Origin: Octopus sinensis
Taxonomy: Eukaryota
NCBI RefSeq assembly: GCF_006345805.1
Contig: NC_043006.1
Location: 62,496,001 to 62,560,000 of the forward strand
DNA length: 64,000 bases
Direction of reading: 5' to 3'
The notes under the pieces were generated by a model. The model worked only from the letters and a program-made list of their open reading frames with translations. It was not told where the DNA came from and ran no database searches. A program made the position numbers and the translations under genes. Positions 55,421 to 64,000 of the stretch are shown here, one piece after another. Numbering within the stretch: position 1 is the first letter of the stretch; each line of letters starts with the position of its first letter.

Positions 55421-56130
55421 ATAATATCATTGGTTTAGCATGTGTAAGACCACACTTCTGTCGGTATAAATCATCAAATAATAATTAAGGGTACTAACAA
55501 GCAGTACTGGCATTCTGGCATAGCAGTCAATGTTATCAAACCACGAGTTATCACTAAGCACAAAGTTGAAAGCGAGTAAATGAATAAAAAAAACCAATCC
55601 TCCATCCCAATAAAGAAAAAAGTCAAAAATTGAAAGTCAGACATATTCGTATCGCCCGTGATTTCGAACTTTGAGGCATTCTCTTAGTTTTCGCCACGGA
55701 GCCTTACTGATGTCTAAGGTTATGCAGTTTATTCATCTCAACCAATGTGTGTGATGACCGTGTTTGATACCGCAGCAAATATAAAAATATGATCAAATTA
55801 AATAAATATCATTTAAATAGGATATTATTATTTATAGTATTATCAGTGGCTTAGAATGCGAAAAATCTTCTGACCGTATAAATTAAGGGTACTAGCAAGA
55901 AGTACCGCTATGTCTGAATTTCAATTTTCTATTATTTCGTTATTGAGATGGGGTTATTATGGTTTTAATATTTTCCCGCTTCCATCTTTGTGTTTACTGA
56001 TAACTTGTGGTCTGGTCACTTGGGCTGATATGTCAGCATGTCGTTAATGATTGCTAGTACTCTGCTACTTTATTCCATCAGAGATTTTTTTCGCATATTA
56101 AAGCACTGATATTATGAATAATAATATCCT
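55420..56130. repeat. Old compound inverted/direct repeat element
   Basis: 55490-55645 is inverted at 55910-56065; 55820-55875 is inverted at 56078-56130; aattaagggtacta is repeated at 55483 and 55881. Confidence 0.6.
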
Positions 56131-56413
56131 TTTATACATATATATATAAGGCAAATATATTTCACATTGTCGTGCAGCTACTGTTTATACCTCGTTCAGA
56201 GATTTATTTTATATATATATATTCATGTATATTATATTGTAATACTTACTGGTATCTTTATATATTACTATATTTTATATCTTATATGAAAAGCATAGTA
56301 TGTTATACATGTAAATATGTTCTTGTAATTGTCAGTTTAGTGAATAAATAAGTTGACATATGTCTTTAAAGTTCATGAAACACCTATTGATCCCCTCCAT
56401 TTCCTTATTGCTC

Positions 56414-56497
<84 letters not shown>

Positions 56498-57244
56498 TCA
56501 TAAAGGGTAGAATCAATTAATTCATTAGTAATTAATAATTTTGCCAAGTAGATCGGTATGTTAAAATAACCTTTATCGGTAACCTTATACAAAAATTCTA
56601 TAATTATAATTAGGGTTCAGCAAACTGAAATTGTTTCACGACATACCGAAATTTAGAAATATCAGTTAAATACCATTCCTCTACCATAAGATATCTCACA
56701 GAGAGCAATGCTCTTAATTCATGTAGGTAAAGAGAAAAAATAACGAATACACCCGGCTTTGATCAACCACATACGCAGTTCTGGATTAAAGAGATGTAAA
56801 ACTTATATTTTTACTCATTTATTTTCTTTTTTAGTGTAGTATTTCAATTGTAAACTTGAGAGTACTAATAATTGAACAAGCGACATCGAATAGCTAATAT
56901 CCAACAACCAGCACTTCCGAATTTATACAGACGAGTGAGCACTCGCATTCTTCCCCAATCACTAAAGTTAGATTTTCTACTTGCCGCTTGATTCACAAAC
57001 TTTCATACCAGAATATGGGCTAAAATCGTCTTGAGAAAATTCGAAATTACAATAATTTCAATGTCACGATTAGTGAAAGTGAAACCGGTAGACAACCACA
57101 ATACACGTTCATTTAAAATATAATAAAACTATGTAAACTGTGTATTTTCCTTCTTTTGTCTTTTATTATATATATATATATATATATAGGAAGATGTGCT
57201 CGCATAGCAAGTGATTTGATCTGAGATCGTGTGCTGAAACGAAA

Positions 57245-57529
57245 ACAATTGCAGCGTGGAAGGTGTTTGTAAGCCATTTAAGAAACACACAAAAGCCGTT
57301 CGATTCACTTCAACATTTAAGTTTAATTTGTCAAAATATTTACGTCGCTAAAATCCGCGACCTGTTCACTGACAAAAATCTGAGATGCAGCTCAGATTTT
57401 TGTCAGTGAACAGGTCGCGGATTTTAGCGACGAAAATATTTTGACAATTAAACTTAAATTTTGAAGTGAATTGAACGGCTTTTGTGTGTTTCTTAAATGG
57501 CTTACAAACACCTCCCACGCTGCAATTGT
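57245..57529. repeat. Fold-back hairpin, ~140-bp arms, 6-nt loop, within (TA)n
   Basis: Arms 57245-57384 and 57391-57529 are near-perfect reverse complements; each contains the G3:C8 hammerhead. Confidence 0.92.
57400..57447 (+). ncRNA. Minimal type-I hammerhead ribozyme, G3:C8 core variant
   Basis: ttgtca-GTGAACA-g-gtcgc(ggatttta)gcgac-GAAA-atat-TT-tgacaa: 6-bp stem I, 5-bp stem II, palindromic AATATT stem III. The mirror copy at 57327-57376 (-) has GAAA>GTAA. Confidence 0.75.
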
Positions 57530-59669
57530 ATATATATATATATATATATGAGAGGTAGAAAGAAAGAGACAGTGAGAGAGAAAGAGGGTAAAGAATCTAT
57601 GTGCTGGTGTACTTGTGCAATGCAGGTAATAATTAGAAATAAATACTCAAACCTATTTAATGTGTAAACATTCTTCGAAGGGCTAGAATTATTCTCTTTT
57701 TCTACTGAGAGTTTCAGATATATTATGGCTGATCATGAAACGAGAAAATGAATTGCACACTGCAGTTTTTTTTACAAAGCGAGATAGATATGGACGCCGA
57801 ATAATTTCAACATTTTTTCGTCTATCACGGGACAAATCACTGGACGAATGCAGAGGTTAAATAGGCTTTCAATAATGTATGTGCCTGAAGTATAGCACAC
57901 GGAGTCCTATGTCTAACTGATACTTCTTCAGTCTCAATAACAAGTTTTCTTTCAGCCTCTCGGTTAATTGCCACTTCTGTAATTCTTCAATCACTTTTTA
58001 ATACATAAGTAGCGGTGAATTTTGCCGGGTAAAAATATCTTTATATAACAACAAAATATACAAAAACTCTATGATGCTGACAATATCTGTACGTGTATGT
58101 CTGTTTGTATGTGTCTGTGACTTAAGTATAACATAATCATGACTCAAAAAAGTACCACCCACAGGACAGAATCAAGAACACCGTTTAATTTGCGCCCGTT
58201 TTCTATGTGTTAGCACTAATAAAGGTATGATTTTATTGAATATATTACATAGGCTTTCGTAGATCATAAAACAACAAAAGCAGTATATGTCTTTTCAGTA
58301 AGAATATTATGCAGTATGTACCTAACATGACATCATTTGACGCATCGATTGCTTAAACTGGCATGTGTAAATACTGAAAGAAATAAGTACGATTTAACTG
58401 ACATAAAAAAATTAAAAATACCGCATATGAAATTGTATTTCCTTAAAAAATTACTTGTTAAAAATGTAAGATAATTATTTTTCATTCAATTTTTAAAAAG
58501 TAAATTAGAATAAGGTGCCACCCCACCGAACAAAAAAAAACTATTTGTATCGAGAGAAATGTTTTTGAAGAATGCAAGATAATTTCAAAAAATATACATC
58601 AACAATAAGAGCTTGTTTGAATAAATGATATTTAATACATACCAGCATGATATACTTTGCATAACACATATTCCCAGGCCGAGGTACGCATCTAGAAATT
58701 CGATATTCTACTTTTCAGTTTATGATTTTAAAACGTTATTTCACAATTACTTGGGACTGGGTTTTGATCGCAAATTATTTCCTTTATATTTCAGAATGTT
58801 TTTATTGCCGTAAAATCTGAAATTAATGAGGGTTACTAGTTTTGCTATTACGTAAGCTTAAATAATTCACATTTTTAATATTGATTACATATCTCGGTTG
58901 CTTCTGTGAACTAAAATTTCAGCGTTAGACGTATTTTTTTCTTTTTTGCTTTGAGCTACTTTCTAGGAAAGATTTTCTATATATTACATTAACATTTTTC
59001 TCATAACTGTACCTTTCAATCTTAACTACGTTCTCTTATTTTTGTTCCTTATTTTTCGAAACCTTTCTTGAAAACTAGCCGCTGACCTCGTTAAACTAAT
59101 TTAGCAATTTTTCTGTATACAGCTTATTGATTACCCTTTCCTTTACAAGCTCGCAGTAATGGCTCTGAGCAGCCAGTTTGCAGCCAGTGCTTAGAAGATG
59201 TAATGAGATTTTGTTCAGAGCTTTCATATATAATATATTTGGAAACGTTTTTTTCAAATATCTTTCTCTCTATATATATATATATCTTAGAGTTTGTATT
59301 TTACTTATACAGATTTTAGTTAGTATTTCCAATTGCTACTTGCATTCCACCAACTGACAGTTAAAGCAAATATCTCTATCACTGTAATAAATATCGAAAC
59401 CAAAAGCGCTTTTCTTATGCAAGTGCTATTTCCTGTCTGGTATCAATCGAAATGTTATATTTATATTTTTATAGTTTTCTTCCGACTATTAAGTTTAATA
59501 TTTTATGTAAACAGTAAAACAAACGTGTAATAGTAATATTTGCAATATTTCTTCTTGATGTACTTGTGATTGGTATTCTGCTTGGAAAGGATCGTACAAT
59601 TGTAGAGATAATGTCAAAATAAACTCAAGAGTATAACATTCATTGAGTCCTTTATCGTTTCTAGAATTT

Positions 59670-61600
59670 CACATTGACAAAACATCTTTTTTTTTAGCTA
59701 ATTTGAAGGCGCTGAATCCGAAAATATCCATACTTTTTCTGGGTTAGCTACCGTTTTTGCTGTACAGAAATGCCCCATTTTTGGAAAAAGAAAGCATTTT
59801 TATCATTTCTTTTCTGTATATTTGATATTGATAGATGACAATATTTCTCAAAGTAAAATCGTAGAAATACCAACAAATATTGGTCTGCATATTGAGAAGT
59901 ACTATTTGTACAATAATAATCAGACCCTATGTCTTTAAAAATAACACGATTGAATATACTAATGTCAACAAGTATTTTCATCAAATCATTAAATAAATCA
60001 AAAACAGAAATAAAATCTTCGTGAACAAAGAACTATGGTAAAGATTTTTTTCTTTCTTGTCTTCCATGTTCAATATTATTTAAATCATTTTTGATACTCC
60101 AGCAGTCGTCAGCCATCATTCGTTTGTCCCACCGTAACTGGTAGCGCGCTTCCATTGTTTTAATAGTGCCTATGTCCTGTAGACTTTTCAATAGCTTTTC
60201 CACTAACTCCTTGTAGTTTTAGGCCCCTCGATTGCTTAAGAAAGTTTTCACCGCATCAACAAACGATGTCCAAGCGCGTAATTCAAAATCATTCATTGAA
60301 ATAACAAATTCATTATCTTTAATGAGTTTCTTGATATAAGGACCATCAAACATTTCTGCTTTGAAGCTTTCGGTGCTATGTCCTGGAAACGATAAACATA
60401 TAAACTCAAGACATTTACTTCCTTTGTGGAGTGATTTTACATACTGTTTCATAAATCCAAATTTGATATAAAAGGGAGGGAAAATGATTTTTTTCTTTCG
60501 TAACTAGCGCTGCACTAATAACGTACTTTTCACTGAACTTCAACTCGCAGTGTGGCCAATGTATCCTTTTCCTGTGCTCCTCTTTTGCTCTACTGTCCCA
60601 CATACACAAACAAAAACATGGGAATTTCGTGTAGCCACTCCGTTGACCAAGCTGGAAATTTACCTCTATCGAATCGACACATACCATCCATTTATGTTTG
60701 CTGTAGCCTATATATTCCATAACCTGTTTGATGGCATCATGTTTTTCTTTCAGTGTTGTTGAACGACCTATAGGTATTGGCGCATGCATGTTGGTATTCT
60801 GGAGCAAAACATATTTCCCACTATGTTTGAACTATTATTGAACTATCTCCATTCATCAGGATCGTATTTGTGGACGCCTAGTCGAAGAAGAAGCCTCTCA
60901 ACGTCATTGCAATGATCAAGAACTGTGTTCTCATTAGAGAATGGTGCAAATTTGGCATCACTATTTCGATAGAATGTCTCCTTTGTGCCTTTTGCTGACA
61001 GGTGTTTTTCTTTGAGCCCAGAGGCCAACATTTCTGCTGAATCTTTACTTAGATTTAAGTCTCGAACCAAATAATTCAGCTCATTTTGGTTAAGCGGCTC
61101 TGGCACGGTTTTGGGAACATAGCCAGGATCGTTTTTGCTGTATCTCTCATCAACATCAGCATCAGAGTCGTGAAAAACTGGGATTGGCAAATCATCTGAA
61201 TGCAGCACGGGTCGAATAGCGGAATGAAGACTGGTGTAGTCGATAGATCTGTGTTTCTTTGGTTCAGTCACGCAACACTGACTGACCAGAAGTAACATTC
61301 GTCAGACTGGGTCTTTCGCTCACGCGAGATCATAGGAACAGCGAATTTCAGAGATTTTAGGGTAACTGAAGTCCACTATCTCATGCGTTCCAAACATGTC
61401 TTGCACACAATGTGAGAGGCCCATGATTTGTCCTGATCACCAAGCTCGATGTGAAAGTAGGCACGATAGGCTTTCTTGTAAAAGTCAGATATCGGTTTCC
61501 TGTTGGCTCTTGGTGTGAACTCACCACAAGTATGGCAAAATAAGTTGCGCTCATTTTTGCATCTTCTCGTTGAAGCCATGCCATTTGATATCTATCTCTA
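59670..61600 (-). mobile_element. Chapaev3-type (CMC) transposon, near full-length transposase, disrupted
   Basis: FCHTCGEFT..LGDQDKSWASHIVCKTC, RPVLHSDDLPIPVF, LVRDLNLSKDSAEMLAS, GYTKFPCFCLCMWDSRA, FDGPYIKKLI, ARYQLRWDKRMMADDCWS; CAC terminus and gctgaatcc subterminal motif at 59670-59720. Confidence 0.8.
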
Positions 61601-64000
61601 TGATTAAAAAAGAACATGAATTGGTTGAGCATTTACATTACACTTTGCGTGTTCACATTTAGGTACTTTCATCTTTCCTAATGTCATACGGAAAGACTCG
61701 TAAACCTGTCAATAACAAAAGACGGAAACAATCGGTACGGTAATTCTACTTCGTATCTTCGTAATCCCGCGTGGATGGCAGATGTTATGATGAAACCATT
61801 TTCATTATGTATGTTCATCATGTACAACGGAATAAGTGCATTCAATTGGGATGTCTTTAATTGGAGTTTTTTTCCAACTGTGAAAAGAAAAAGCTCTTAA
61901 TGTGGTTGGTTTTCTTACGTATTGAAGTAATAAAAGTGATGAGATAACTTTATGAATATCAAAAAGAAGATTTTAGGGTTTCCCTTTTTTGATGTCACCT
62001 TAATTATCAGGTTTACTGAAGTGTATTACTGATAAGGTTTATCGGTTAATTTGAATCTGGCAATAAACTGGGAAAATTCGGTACTTCTATTTTAAAAGTT
62101 TTGACTCAAAAATATATTTTTCTCATAGAAATACTATATTTCAGGTGGCTGACATAAATTGCACGGCCTACCTGAAAATTCATGAGATTCTACTTCGCTT
62201 TTTAACTAAATTTTGCGATGAGTTGAGAGTATGGCTGTGTGGGAGATATCTTATGGTAGTGGAATAGTATTTAACTGCTATTTCTAAATTTCGGTATGTG
62301 GTGAAGCAATTTTTGCTGAACCCTAATTATAATTATGCTTATAATTATAGAAGTTATATATACGTATAAAATATGTACAGAGCGAGAGGGAGAGAGATAG
62401 AAATATGCATATATTGGATTTACATCATTAGGGCATATGGATAACCAGAATTCCGAAAAAGGACATAGCACAGTGGTCATTAGTTCAGAGATTATTGAGA
62501 GAAATACCAACCTACTTTTTGTCACTGCCACGGAGCAATTACCTCATTATTACGATGTATATATATCAAATGTTTGATGAGAGAAAGCTAAAGAGGAAAC
62601 ACCGAAAGATGTAGAAATCGGGAAAGTCGAATTTGGTAAATGTATGCATATCACTTAATTTAGAAAGAGATTTACTGTTTCGTTTGCAGTAGTTAACGAG
62701 TGTTTATTTGGTGGAAGCAATGAAGAAGTGAATCAAATGTGAAATAAAGAGGTGCGGAATGTAAGCATGAAGTGATTGGAAAGAAGGAATTTTATGACCT
62801 GTGTGTGAATTTAGGGGAGCAAATCAATAAATGATTGATTTGCTATTTTCAGCAATTGCTTCTGTATATTTGAAGTATCCTTTGTTTAGATATTTTATAT
62901 ATCTAATTGAATTCGTACGTAGCCCAGAGTCATGATGCGGTAAAGTTTGTTTTCCGAAATTAAATATATCACAAACGATCGATGTTATGCAATTATATAG
63001 AAATGATTGTTGATTACATAAGAAACCACAAAGTGTACGATAGCGATTTCATGTCGATTTGTTGTAGCTACGAAAGTACGTCTAATGAATTCATAAACCT
63101 GAGTGTAGAAAATGGGGTCCTGTCATATCATGTAGTGTCTTTTTTACTTTAAATTGTTTCCACCGAGTTTTAAAATCAGAAAAATCACTCGACATCCGAA
63201 ACTACGAAATTCAGAGGGAAAGGAGCACCATACATAGAGTGACGTACGATGGAGCCATCGTCTAGTAAGTTCCTCGTTAAATTTTGATTCTACCTTTAAG
63301 CAGATATCAAAACATTTGTTATTTAAGCAGTTCAATGCGGCATTATACCACATATTCTCGTTAGATATATCACTTACTTGGACCTAAATAGTAAATCTGT
63401 ATGTAGTGTCGCGTTTCTTTTCATTGGTGAACCTAATTTAACTCAAGTCTAAAACATAGATTATAAATAATATAGCATAGCATTATATGGGCAAAATGTA
63501 AACTTCTTAAGACACGTGCTCTTAAAAGATGTCCGTTACGTTACGAGTACAATTTGTCTTACATGAAACTAGCAGCACACTTGGGAACTTCAGGATCTCC
63601 ACGGTATTTCTGTTCCCCATATCGTTCGGATATCTACTACATAAAGAATACAGCCTCTATCTATAATTCATGGTTATATGTAGTAATGTGCTTTATTCCG
63701 GTTGAACATATTTTGTAAACTAGTGAGCATTGCTAATTGCATTATCATACATTTGCATAACGATTGTAGGTGATGCAAATATAGAAACTCTGTAACAGGA
63801 GTGTGTTCAAAATAGAAATGTATATAGATGAATCTGAGTTCTCGTAATAATCGAACATCTTATATGCGAAAGTGTATCTGTGAGTGTGTATATATGTCTT
63901 TATGAGTGTCTTCTTTCGTGTGCATGTGTGTATGTGTGTATGTGTGTGCGTGTGTGACTTTCATAAAGTGAAAAATTCAAAAACAATAACTAATAAAACA

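Overview
AT-rich, microsatellite-dense metazoan intergenic or intronic DNA. The SINE families and (TA)n/(CA)n/(TAA)n load strongly suggest an octopus (coleoid cephalopod) genome; this is inferred from repeat content only. I see no intact host gene, and almost all listed ORFs are microsatellite artefacts or transposon remnants. The window holds at least four tRNA-derived SINE families, Dong/R4- and Hero-like LINE fragments, a Gypsy gag-protease relic, several Tc1/mariner/maT/Tigger relics and two Chapaev3-type transposase relics. A Neptune-type Penelope-like element (PLE) forms a ~3.5 kb near-perfect palindrome. The most striking unannotated signal is a set of minimal type-I hammerhead ribozyme motifs with three different core 3:8 pairs (C-G, U-A, G-C). 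They sit in the PLE termini and in short fold-back elements embedded in (TA)n tracts. A possible decayed 7TM/GPCR-like pseudogene lies at ~0.6-2.2 kb.
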